A stretch of DNA of 64,000 bases from the human T2T-CHM13v2.0 reference genome, Homo sapiens: the NCBI RefSeq assembly GCF_009914755.1, contig NC_060926.1; one strand, 5' to 3'. This document shows, in pieces, positions 42,131 through 53,856 of the stretch (position 1 is the first letter of the stretch; the number at the start of each line of letters is the position of its first letter). The translations under genes were made by a program, and so were the position numbers. A model generated the notes under the pieces. The model did no database searches. It was not told where the DNA came from and saw only the letters and a program-made list of their open reading frames with translations.

Positions 42131-45100
42131 AGCCAGAGGTTGTGTTCTGCAGGTGGAGCCACCAGGAGTGCATGAGAGAGGGACGGGGCAGGGAAGACGG
42201 AGAGGGATGCTGGGCTTCTTGGATGGCTGGATGGAGCTGCCGTGCATGGCTGAGATGGGTGAGGCCAGGGGCAGGGGTTTGGGGCAAGCTCCAGAGTTGG
42301 CTTTGGATCCAGGAAATTCAAGATGCACCTTAGGTACTGAAGGGAGCGCTTGGTGGGCAGGTGGGTGTCTGAGTCTGAGGTTCAGGAACCACTTGTTAAA
42401 AGAATGGGAATGCAGCCATGTCCACCTGTGCTTTGAGGGGGCTCAGGCTGCCTGGGCATTTGAGTTGGTGGCTCCTTAGCAGTTTTCCTAGCCAAGGGGA
42501 GATAGCCACACCCACAAACACACCATTCTCTCTCATGGCACGTGCCTGGGAAGGTAGCTAATGTATGTTTCCTAATATTTTCTAATCTTAAAAATGTTTT
42601 ATTGTGCACATTTTCATACAAGTACATAATTTTAGGAAAGATAGCATAATGAACCTTCGGGAGCTCATTATAAAGTCAATCACAGCATTGTGCCTTTTAC
42701 TCCTTTTCTAATAAAGCAAGGACCAGTTCACGGGTGCGGCACTCGGGATGGGCGAGTCGGATCTGAGGCTCTGGGCCGTGGGCTCTGGGCTACCTGTGCT
42801 CCACAGTCCATGCACTGATGGGTCACTCTAGGACCTCACAGGGCTGGGAATCAGCGGAGCTAAGAGATGAGGAGAGAGAAGATGGGCTTCCTGGAAGCTT
42901 GGGTGAGGTTGAAGGAACAATGCAGAGGTGGACGGTGTTGGGCCAGCTGGAGACACAGCAAGTTCCAGCGAATGTGGCCAGTGATTGATTGAAGGGTTGA
43001 GATCGGCAATATGTAACCCTGGAGGTACAGGTGGAGACTGAGTAGTGGGGGTCTTTTCATCTCAGGCCAGGGGAGAGCAGACTGATTTTTTTAAAAGCGG
43101 TGAGCACTGTCCAGAAGTGTTGTAGCAGGGCAGCAGCATGGCTTTGAGAAAATCAAGGGCTCACCAGAGGTGGATGGTGAGGAGCTTGAGGAGCTCCAGG
43201 GGCCCAGCAGCCACTGGCAGCGAAGGCCTGAGCAACTCTGGGCGTGGGAAGAAATAGTTAGCAAGACTGGGAGCAGAGAGTGTTTTGTCAGGCTCACATC
43301 TTGGCTGCGTTACCCTGGGCAAGTTGCTTTAGTGATCTCTCCAAGCCCGTTTTCATGGAATCTGTAAAGTGCAGCCAAGTCTGGTACCTGCTGCCTAGGG
43401 CCCTTGAGGACGCAGTGGGATGGTGCCTGGTGGAGCTATGAGCGCAGCCTGTGCTGTAAGGGGAGGACACATAACCGTCAGCGTCCACGTCTGTTGTTAG
43501 ATGCCGTTAGAATCCATCGGGGGAAGTGGGTGATCCAGGGGAGATTGAGAGGTTATCACCCAGAGGTGGCCAGTGAGCGTGGCCACACCAGGCTGAGCTG
43601 GGAGGAGGAGGAGGGGTGGGAGGGGAGAGGATTCTGCTGTAGGAAAGAGGACAGAGCTGACATCCCAGTGAGGAGCACACAGGGCAGCCCTGGGATGCTG
43701 GCTGCATTCTCCATCCCGTGCCAGCCCCCTGTAGATGCAGTGGTGTCTGGAGGAGCAGAGCTTCCCTTTCAGCCCTCGGTGTGACTCCACCTGCTCAGGA
43801 AGGTTTTGGGAGTGGAGAGCCCTCTGCACTCAGTCCACACCAGGGCTGGCTGCCCTCTTTCTGTACTGTAAAAACGGCCCCAAGGGTGCGGACAGGGGGC
43901 ACCTCTGTTACTCACCCCTGAATGTCTGGATGGGTGTTACAGCTACACTCAAGGATGGCCTCCCTCTGGCCCTGGGGAGGAAGCTGTCAGTCTGGGGATT
44001 TACAGAGCATTGAGGACCACAGGACACACGTCTCCCACCTGCTATGTGGAGGGGAGGGCTGCCTGTGAGTGAGCTCAGTGGTGCCCGTGGGAACATGATG
44101 GCTTCTGGGCCCTGGGAGTGGGACTTCCCTGCTTGGCTTCTCTCGGCCTGAAAAGGGGAGAGGGTGGCAGAGTCCACAGTTGTTGACTCGTCTTCCTTGA
44201 ATGGTTTCCTCTATGGGGAGAGGACTGCAGATCTCTTTCTAGAACTGCAAACACTTTAGCTTTTTGTCTCATCACTGGTTCAGGGGAGTGGCCATACCCC
44301 ATCATCAATAATAAACACACACACTGGTGCATCTCCAGAAAGCACGTGTGCAGTTCTGTGACTTCTTTCTTCTGCTCCCAGGGCGCTGGAGGCCATATGT
44401 CAGTAGTTTTCAAAGAAAACGACATTGCTGCTTCCATTTTGCCCTTTTCTACAGCCAGAGTTCTCCTCCTCAATCGGAAAGCTGCAGTGGCTTCCCAGGG
44501 TCTCCTGGACAAGACTGACCCTTCACCACCGCGTTCCGCCAGCTTACCTGGCCTCCCGCCTTTGCTGTGGGCTCCACCACAGCCCCTCCATCCCTCTAGC
44601 CCCTCCACACTTGCAGGGCCAGGTCTTCACTGTGCCCACCTGTTCTTAGGCCTTCCACAGGCCTCTGGGCCTCCTCCTTCTCACTGAACACTCACTGGCA
44701 TCTCACCCTCTATGGGCAGCTCTCTGGGCCCCACTAGGTGGCCAGTCGTGCTCTCCAGGTAACAGTTCCTGTTACCGCCCTAGGCCCCACCAGGGCTGGC
44801 GATGCCCTGAGCAGCCTGCGTGGAGCCCCAGATGCCTGATGCCCATCTCTGCTGACAGCTTTGCAGAGCCAGGACATGCCTGGAAGCTTTTGGGAATGCC
44901 TCCCTCTTGTGCCCAGATGGACTTTTTGTTAACCCTCCATGAAATAATTCCTCCTGGCATGAATGTGAAACCAGGCAATGCTATAGTCATGAGGCGGCGG
45001 GGTGGCCGAGGTGGCCGAGGCAACCCTTTCCCTTCTGCAGGAGAGTTGTGGGCCCAGTGGGAAGAGCACACATTGGTGATTAACAGGAGTCTTCGTTTGG

Positions 45101-46114
45101 CCACTGTGACCCAGAGCCTCACCCGGCGCAGTCCTCGGAGTAGCTCTGGACTGGTGGGGGTGGGAGCACCCCAGTCCCTGACAGGATGGGCAGGTGGGCT
45201 CCAGTTGCCCTCACAGCTGACACCCCCTGATTTTTCCTCCTCCTCGGGTGCAGTCAGATGGAGACTCTCAGGCAGGAACTGTCACCGTCACACGTGAAAG
45301 GCCACATGGCAAGTACCAGTTGTGGGCTGGAGATTGTCCTGAAGCTCCTCCCCTCACCCACTCATGGGTCTCTTCATTTTCTTTCTGCATCGATTCTCTT
45401 CAGTAAATGATCCCGCATTTTTGTATGGGAAGGATTTTTACTCCTCACTCAGCCTATTGAAGTCAGGCTGCTCTGGAGGTGGCCATCACTGGGGTCTCCA
45501 CAGTGGCCTCCAAGCAGCCCGGGGGCTTGCACACGTGGCCCTTGCATTTCGGGGCTGCCGGGCTGCCTGGCTGTGGTAGGGTGGTCTCTCACGTGGCGGC
45601 AAGACCCCTTCATCCAGCTCTACACGCAGGCTGTGCATTCAGAGCTACTTGGTCACTGCTTCTGGTAGGGGGCGAGGGTGCTGTGCCGTCAGCGCTGAGC
45701 CTCAGCGTGCCAGACCCCAGCAGAGGGGTGGAGTGTGGGGTGGAAGGAGGCCTCCTCCTGGCATGAGCACCGTCACTGCCAGCCAGGGAGTCTCGGTCCA
45801 GGGCGTCCGGGGTTCTCCCCAAGGCGTAGTTCTCAGGGGCCGGGAATAGGGAATAAGCGCACAGACCTGACCGTCGTAACTTCATGGGGAAAGATGGAAA
45901 CATCTGTGACCACCCAGTTTGGGGAGAACAGCTTCATTCCTTCCTGTGAATAACTGGCCTGGGTGAGTGCTGGCCTCCACTCCGCCCCTCCTTACACTGC
46001 TGGGTAGGAGAGACGGCGGGGCTGGGCTCAGGTAGGTGTTTTTTAAGGGAAGGGCCCCCAGCAGGGCAGCTCTGCCGCTCCCCAGAGAGGTGGCCACCAT
46101 GCCCTCCTCTCCTG

Positions 46115-46452
46115 CCGCCTGCTGCATTCAAGCACCACAGCCCCGGTGGCCCAGCAAGGGAGGCTCATCTCTCACGGTTCCAGAGGCCGGAAGTCAAAAG
46201 TCAAGGCTCTGGCCAACTCTGTTCCTAGGAGGGCCCTCTTCCTGGCTTCATGTGTCCTCACGTGGTAGAGGGAGAGAGAACGGAAGCTCTCTGGTGTCTC
46301 AAATAAAGGCGCTGATCTGATCATGAGGACCCCACCTTCATGATCTCTTCTAACTCTAACTACTCCCCACTGCCCCACCTGCCAGTGCCATCACATTAGG
46401 GGACAGACCTTCAACATAGGAGTTTCGGGAAACACAGTTCAGTCCGTAACAC
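46115..46452. mobile_element. MLT1A-like solo LTR
   Basis: tctcacggttccagaggccggaagtc, tcatgaggaccccaccttcatga, ccatcacattagggg and cacagttcagtccgtaaca. Confidence 0.8.
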
Positions 46453-47836
46453 ATGCCTTCTCTCCAGACAGCGTTCAGGTGCAGAATGCAGCCTTCTGAG
46501 GCCTTGAGATGGAAAGGACGCCTCCCTTGAGCCACTATCCGCCGGTCACTGGGAGCTGGGATTGCAGCTTCTGATGCAGTGGTGACAGTGGCTGAGACTT
46601 GGCAGGGTTAAATATTGAACACAAGATGGTCCCTATAGCAGCATGTGGACACACGCCTTGCTCTGCTCACTGCACAGGGGCTCTCCAAGCCATGCTCACT
46701 GCACATGGAGCCTGGGGGAAGAGTGGGGATGGTCAGGGCTCCCACCCGGCTGCTGCAGAAACGTTGCAAAGGGTGGTGTCAGGGCCTCCGGGTCTCTGCA
46801 TGGTAAAGGCAGCACACTGGGTCAGAAGCTACATTCTCAGCTGTCCCTGGATAGAGGAATTGAGGAAAAAGGGACCTCAGACCATTGTATATGTGCCCAG
46901 TTATATAGGGGTGAGATTTGCCTGCTCAGAGCTCTAAGTACTGTGGCCAGCTGTGAAAGTGTCTGCCAGTTTCTCTTGGAGAGCACATGAAATTCACTGC
47001 TTTGAAATCGGCTCGCTGCTGTTCCTGTCCCTTCTCCCTGGACCCTGCTGAAGGGCCTGCTCAGAGCCAGTCACCTCATTCATATCCAGAACCCCCCACA
47101 TGCTTCAGTCCTGTCTGTGCGCCCTTCCAGAAAAAAAAAGCAGAGGCCTTAGGGGTGATTCTTGTGGTCTCTTCCACGGAAAGATCTTTCCTGCTTAGTA
47201 ACAGTGGTTCAGTAAATATGCCCTGGTTTCATCTGCATACGTTGCATTGAGAATACCTTATGGCCGCTCTGTGTTGTGTTTAGAATTGTTTATTTGGGGT
47301 GCAGGGGGATTTCAGGAGCGGATTGGGTAGGGAGCATCACCCTTGGGGCCTCTGCTGGGCTGTGTTCATTGATGGCTGCTTCCCGGGGCCGAGTCACCAT
47401 GATGACTGCCCCTGCGCTGGGATCAGCCACTCTGAACAAGCAGAGGCCGATTTTTCCTTTTCCGAGCCCTGCAGCTAGCAGCATGAACCGTACAGTCCTG
47501 CGCTGTCCTCCTCTTTGACTGTAATGAATGGACTGGCCAGGTGCTGGAGCACATTTCGCAAACACCCTTACGCCCCTAAGAAGAGCAGGTGCAAACAGCC
47601 GGCCAGAAAACACTGCTTGGGCTGTGTGTGCCCAGTGTGCCAATGAGACAAGCACAAAGTGGGCACAGAGGCCAAGGAGCAAGCGCTGCTCTGCTCTGTT
47701 GGGCCAGGAAAGATGAAATGGGTCTGTCCTCATTAGAACAGCCTGGAAGAAAGAGGATTCCCACTTCCCATAAAATTACCATTGAACCCATGTTTCGCTT
47801 GCTTAAGGGACTTTTTTGTTCCTCCTCTACTTTCAG

Positions 47837-47968
47837 GAAGAAACATATTGCCGAGTGGATGCCGCCGCGCAGCGTGTTTGCTTGAGGCAGAAGCTTCAGC
47901 ATCTGCTGGGATAACTGGAGGAAGAAATATGAAGCCTTAGCGGCTTTACCCGGGAAGCGAGTTTCGAG
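47837..47968 (+). other. SH3BP4: 5'-UTR part of the SH3BP4 start-codon exon
   Basis: Pyrimidine tract cttttttgttcctcctctactttcag| ends at 47836, 132 nt before the ATG. Confidence 0.88.
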
Positions 47969-48086
47969 ATGGCGGCTCAGCGGATCCGAGCGGCCAACTC
48001 CAATGGCCTCCCTCGCTGCAAGTCAGAGGGGACCCTGATTGACCTGAGCGAAGGGTTTTCAGAGACGAGCTTTAATGACATCAAAG
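47969..48086 (+). CDS. SH3BP4: SH3BP4 first coding segment (codons 1-39 plus 1 nt) in exon 47837-48086
   Basis: ATG in strong context (gagATGG) with an in-frame upstream stop at 47930-47932. Translation [39 protein letters not shown] is recognised as the SH3BP4 N-terminus and contains a clathrin-box-like LIDL. Donor AAG|GTGAGC at 48087, phase 1. Confidence 0.96.
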
Positions 48087-48446
48087 GTGAGCTTCTGGGG
48101 AACAGGACTGTGGCTAAGGGAGAACGTTGGGATTTTCAAGTTGGGATCCAAGAACTTTTCTGCTTTAAAGATTGCCAGTTTAGCATTCAGATAGTTAAAG
48201 TTTAGTTCTTTAAACTTCATCATGGTAATAGATTTAGCCCTGGAATCATAGTCACTTGTCTTATTTTTTGGTTCCCCCTTATTAGTGAAACCCCTTCTTA
48301 ATACAGGGTATGTTTCTTTTTACTTGATAAAATTCGGTGACAGTGTGGTAGGGAGCTTGGTGGTACAGAAACCCAGGGGAACAGAGAGTGTGGCAAGTAG
48401 ATGAAATATTGAGAACCACTAGAGAAGAAAAAAGGTAGCTTCGGGG

Positions 48447-48662
48447 AGAGGTCAGCAAACCTTTTCTCCAAACAGTCTGATGGGAAATATTTGAAGCTTT
48501 GCAGGCCGTATACCATCTCTGTCACAACTATTCATTGCTGCCTCGTTGCATGAAAGCATCCATGAAGTTAAGTCATTAAATAGCCAGAGTCGTGTTTCCA
48601 AGACAACTTTTTTTTTGCAGACAGCCCCATTTGGCCCCAGGGCCGTGCTTTACCAACCCCTG
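48447..48662. mobile_element. MER58A-like
   Basis: gaggtcagcaaaccttt...gctttgcaggcc...tctgtcacaact...tttaccaacccctg. Confidence 0.7.
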
Positions 48663-49439
48663 ATCTAGAAGGTGGTTCTAAAGTTTAATAACCCTGGGTC
48701 TCTGGGTTTCTCCAGTGGCCTCGTAAAATTGAGTTCATGAGAAAACCTATCTTTTGGACACCAAGGTGAATACTAGCAGGTCATTTTCTTCCTGCACATC
48801 TGCCCTAACCTAGGCCACGTTCAGTCTCTCTCACATGCTCCTTTGGGGCTTGGCAGTTGCGGTGACAGCACCATCATCATCAATATCATCATCCCTTGGC
48901 TTTCTCTTAGCTGTTGAAACTGTCTTGCCTGGAGCACAGCTGAAAAGTAGGAACTTGACTTTGACCATTTGTATCCTCGGCCCCAGCCTAAAGTCAGTGC
49001 TAAGTAAATGTTTCTTGAACTAAACTGCTATCCCCCAGATAAAGTTGTAATCCTCTACCCTGATGTACAAAAATTATATGCACTGTGTTTATGTCTGTCT
49101 AATTGAGTAGCTTCTCCTTCCCCTTTATCCCAAACATCTTCTCCCTGCCTCTGATTGATGCTGGCATCCCTGGGCATTGCTGTAAATGTTCTTTAAAAGA
49201 AACGTCTAGCCCGTGTGAGATTTTATTTGTAAGAGAGCAACAGTGATTGGGTGTTGCCATAAATAACTGAAGCATTTATTTTTCAGATTCTGTTAATGGA
49301 CATTTTGTTTTTTACTTTATAGCCCAACTCATCAGAGTCAAAGCTGGAACTTGTGAGCATAAATTGTGTGATTTGGGCAGAGTGTTAAAGTGAGGAGGGC
49401 AGAGTCTTAAAGTGAGGTGAATTTTTAAAAATGTCAGTG

Positions 49440-49722
49440 GGCTGGGCGCGGTGGCTCACGCCTGTAATCCCAGCACTTTAGGAGGCCGAGGCAGGCGGAT
49501 CACGAGGTCAGGAGTTCGAGACCAGCCTGGCCAACATGGTGAAACCCCGTCTCTACTAAAAATACAAAAAATTAGCCAGGCATGGTGGAGCGTGCCTGTA
49601 ATCCCAGCTACTCAGGAGGCTGAGGCAGGAGAATCACTTGAACCCAGGAGGCAGAGGTTGCAGTGAGCCGAGATCACACCACTGCACTCTGAGACTCTAT
49701 ATAAAAAATAATAATAATAATA
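49440..49722 (+). mobile_element. AluS (Sg-like) with (AAT)n tail
   Basis: ggatcacgaggtcaggagttcgagaccagcctggcc; short 3' deletion before the tail. Confidence 0.95.
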
Positions 49723-51124
49723 ATGACAGTGCTCTGGAGGAAATATTGGCTGTTATCCCTAAAAGAATCCCTAATTTAGAGGAGGAAGACAAACAAGACA
49801 GCCTTGAACGTGAGGAGGAGGACAGCCTCAAACATGAAGGGGAGGGTGTTTTGAGAATCTGAGGTGGACAGAACCATGGGATCTCTGGCCTTGCCCAGAG
49901 ATTCTGGGGAATCTACCTCCGAGGCGCCACATGTGACCCAGGCAGTTTGCTAGCCAGAAGCTTCACGCACATCCCAGTGATAGACAGACTTCAAGGTGGG
50001 AATTTATTTCAGCCAAAGTATCTGCCATGAAACCTTCTACTCTGATGAATGTTTTGCCTGCAGAAGAACGTAGGCAGACGGATAGGAAATGTATTATTCA
50101 GTACATTGAACTTCCTAACACCCAGGGAGATTTTTGTATTAAAATCAAGGTGGCTGTGAATCTGGGTAACACTCCTCAGAATTCATTAAGATAGAATTCG
50201 TTAGGGATTCTCTGGCATTTGATGGGATGGAAGCCCTTCCCCAGTGTCCCCAGCTGCTTGGTGGCAGTTGACTGATGGAGGGCCTCATCTAGAAGGGGGA
50301 ATCACACAACAGTCCACCTCCCTAGGGTTCTGGAAAGGAAGAGTGGGGTGATTTCCCTTGGCTAAGCCTGATCCCTTGAGTGAGATCTGTGACCATTTCT
50401 CTTCCAAGGAGAGTGCTGGGAATTTTAAGTAAAACCATTCTTATTCTTCAGTTGGATAAAACTGAATGATAATTCTCATTGATACATTCTAGGCTATGCA
50501 CAAAGCATTCTTGATTGCTTTGGTTTCTTAATTTTGAAACTACTGTAAGGGAATTATTCTGAGGGAGCATAATAAGGACATAACCTTTGAGGGATTCTAG
50601 CAAGATTTTGATGGCCGGCAAGCTCTATTTAATTTTCATTTAGTTTTCATCTTTATGTGACATTTCCAGTAGATTGTGTCAAGGAGATAAAATGGTTTAT
50701 ATTCCTGGAGATCATGACTAGCAAAACAGAAATGAGAGAGAAGAGCTTCTGTATCCTCTGGCCTCAGCCTGACCCACATCAATTCTTCCCACCTCTCCAT
50801 GAAAGCCATTTTCTTTCACAGGTTTTGGTTCACTCCCATCTCATATTAAATAATTTGTTGGTTTTATGATTTTTTTAGAGCACAAGGGCACAGCCAGGGG
50901 GAATTCAGACACTGCTTTCACCAACACCAGGATCCAATAGCATAGATTATGGCTTCTCTGTGTCGTTTACGCATGCACGATGATCATTCATTCCACAAAT
51001 ACTCATTGAGTCCCCGCTACGCGCCAGGCCTTGTACGAGGCCCAGGGATACAACAGCAAACAAAACAGGCTCTAATGGTGCTGATACCCTAATGGGGAGA
51101 TGGAGGCTCCTCCTGCAAAAGAAA

Positions 51125-51333
51125 CACACATACACACACACATACACATATTTCATATATATATACACATATATATAATATATATATAAAGGATATATGT
51201 ATTTTATATATATATTATATATAATATATATTATATATAATATATATTATATATAATATATATATTATATATATATATTATATATTATATATATATTATA
51301 TATAGTATATATATTTTATATATATAATATATA

Positions 51334-51385
<52 letters not shown>
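51125..51385. repeat. (CA)/(TA)n microsatellite and AT low-complexity tract
   Basis: About 260 bp of mostly TA/TATAT iterations ending in pure (TA)n. Confidence 0.97.
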
Positions 51386-51388
<3 letters not shown>

Positions 51389-51391
51389 GTA

Positions 51392-51846
51392 TGTAGAGAA
51401 GGAAAAATTCTTAGTTCTTGGCTTGGGCCCCTATAACAAAAGACATTAATAAGAGAAAAGCATGCAAACTTACTTAATATATGTTATATGTATATTACAG
51501 ATATATAATTTCTTCATAAGGAAATGAAGACTTAAAGAAGTAATTAAACCTGAGGGATTTGATGAGGTGTGGAGAGTCCTGGAAAAATGAGATGGGACAA
51601 GAAAAAGCATAAGCAAGTGTCATGAGCTGGAGGACAGCAAGGCCTGGGCATTGCAGATTCCCTGTGTCCTTGGAGATAGGATGCTCTGTCCCCCACATAT
51701 AGGGAGGGCCCCTCCCACTTGAGGGTCTATGACCTGCTTCAGGGGGCAGGCAGGGAGTCCTGCCTGCACCTGCGGTTTCTCAAATTCCTCCAGCTTAAAA
51801 TATGTGTGGTGCTATATTTTGGGGTAGCATGTTCTGAACCTCATCA
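51392..51846. mobile_element. ERV1-class solo LTR (MER31-like)
   Basis: TG...CA ends; cccctataacaaaagacattaataagagaaaagc, ttcataaggaaatgaagac and tattttggggtagcatgttctgaacc. Confidence 0.65.
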
Positions 51847-52921
51847 GGTACATGATGTAGTGGTTGGTGGTAAGAGCTATGGAAAAAGATAACATTGGGG
51901 CCAGGAGATGTCTATTTCACATAACATCCTGTGTGTCCTCAAGTTGGGTCAAGCAATATTATGACAAGTGCCTTATCTACGTCTTTGCATTTTGTCCTCT
52001 CCAAAGCTCATTGAGGAAATACACTTTTTGTCCACCATGAGTGGAGTCTTAGGCTCTGGAGATCACACAGTTTCTAAGGGCTCCACTCGAGTCTGGGTTT
52101 AGTGATCCCAGAGCCGGGTTCTCTGAGACACCCAGATAGACGGGCCTGCTGTAATTTCACAGGAGGAGGTAGGTGGGGCTTCAAGGCCCAGGGATGCTCC
52201 CAGCTAAGCGCATCTCTGTAACCCAGTTAATGTAAATGAATAGAAACTGTCTACCTGATTTCCTAACACTTTCCCAAGGAAGTGTGATTATTTCCTTTCA
52301 AAGGAAAAGGAAACTGGCAGGTGATTTTCTGGGGTCGGGGGGGCAATTTGATAGAATACGATGACTGTGGACTTCATCACATTAGAAAAGATGTAGGTTT
52401 AGTTTAACTAAAAACGGATTCCTTTCTTTGGTCATTTGCTTTGGCAACTTAAAAAAAAAAAAGAAAGAAAGAAAGAAAGAAACGTTTCCTTTCTTTCTTT
52501 CAATTGTTTATTACGGGAAGCCAGAATGTCAGCAGACTCCGTAAGTGAGGCAGTTTGGGAGGTGGGGGAGGGGAGTCCTGGGGAGAAGTATATGTGCTTA
52601 TTTTCTTCAGAAAGAGTGTTCTTCATCTTCTGAATATATCTTCTCATTTAATCATATCCATTATTTTTCAAAACACACCACTTGTTTGGCTGACTTATTT
52701 TTGCTGTTTCATTTGCCGTCTACATTGGTAACATACAGAGTTCAATGGCAGGAGCCATGAATTAACTTGATTCACTTTTTGAAGGGTTGGAATTTTTCAG
52801 ACTGCTTCAACACTTGTTCAATGATAGTATGAGCTATGACTAGGCATAATCTCTCATTTTCAAGGTATGTAGACAGTCTGTTTTCATGTTGTGATTTTGA
52901 ATGATAATTTAAAAGAGGTTG

Positions 52922-53240
52922 GGCCAGGCGCAGTGGCTCACACCAGTAATCCCATCATTTTGGGAGGCTGAGGCGGGAGGATCACTTGAGGTCAGGAGTT
53001 TGAGACCAGCCTGGTCAACATGATGAAACCCCATTTCTACTAAAAATACAAAAATTAGCCAGGCATGGTGGCACACACCTGTAATCTCAGCTACTTTGGA
53101 GGCTGAGGCAGGAGAATCACTTGAATCTGAGCGGCTGAGGTTGCAGTGAGCTGAGATCATGTCAATACACGCCAGCCTGGGTGGCGGAGTGAGACACTGT
53201 CTCATAAATAAATAAATAAATAAGTAAAATAAGAATAAAA
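52922..53240 (+). mobile_element. AluS with (TAAA)n tail
   Basis: Alu body; TSD aaaagaggtt(gg). Confidence 0.95.
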
Positions 53241-53856
53241 GAGGTTGGAAGGAACTGACTTCAGAATTCTTACTTTATCTGAGGAAACAGTTTGGTGAGG
53301 AACAGGTTGAGTTTGGAAATTTAAGAAGCAGGTTGAGGGAAGCTTTCCATCCAGAGGCAGAGCTTGGAATCAGCTCATACATGTCATTGCGGGAGTTTTT
53401 GGAATCTGTTCATTTCCAGTCCCTGATCACATGCAGTGGTCACCTAACTCACCGTGTCACCGTGTTTTCTAAGTTAATCACATTCAGTTTCTCTTTGTAT
53501 CTAGTAGCAGTTCTTTTAAGAAGAATTTTAACGTTGCCCAAAATGAGATGTTTAGGGCGTAGGGCATGTTAAATATTCCATTGCACTGATTTGCCTTTCT
53601 GTGAGTGATGGAGAGGCTCCTCTGTGGTCTTTCTGCCGGACATAGGCTGTCGATTTTGAAGGTGACCAAGTAGCAGGAACCAGTTCGTTGGCCAGGTAAA
53701 TTACCTACTGAATTTCACTTTGGTTTGTTTCTGTTGGTGACTTGCCTGGGTTATTGTGCACCTGTCTGTTTACCACCGTCCTCTCTCCTTTGGGAAGCTC
53801 TCCGGACACCCCGCCGGCCTTGCCCTCACCATCTGTTTTCTTTGTGTTTTGCACAG

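Noticed and set aside
44731-44745. CTCF-like CCACTAGGTGGCCAG
   Set aside because: One core mismatch and no supporting context; such matches are expected by chance in 64 kb.
53742-53856. N-terminal part of the 856-aa ORF
   Set aside because: It starts at TTG and runs through the branch point and polypyrimidine tract. This is intron; the true start is the ATG at 47969.
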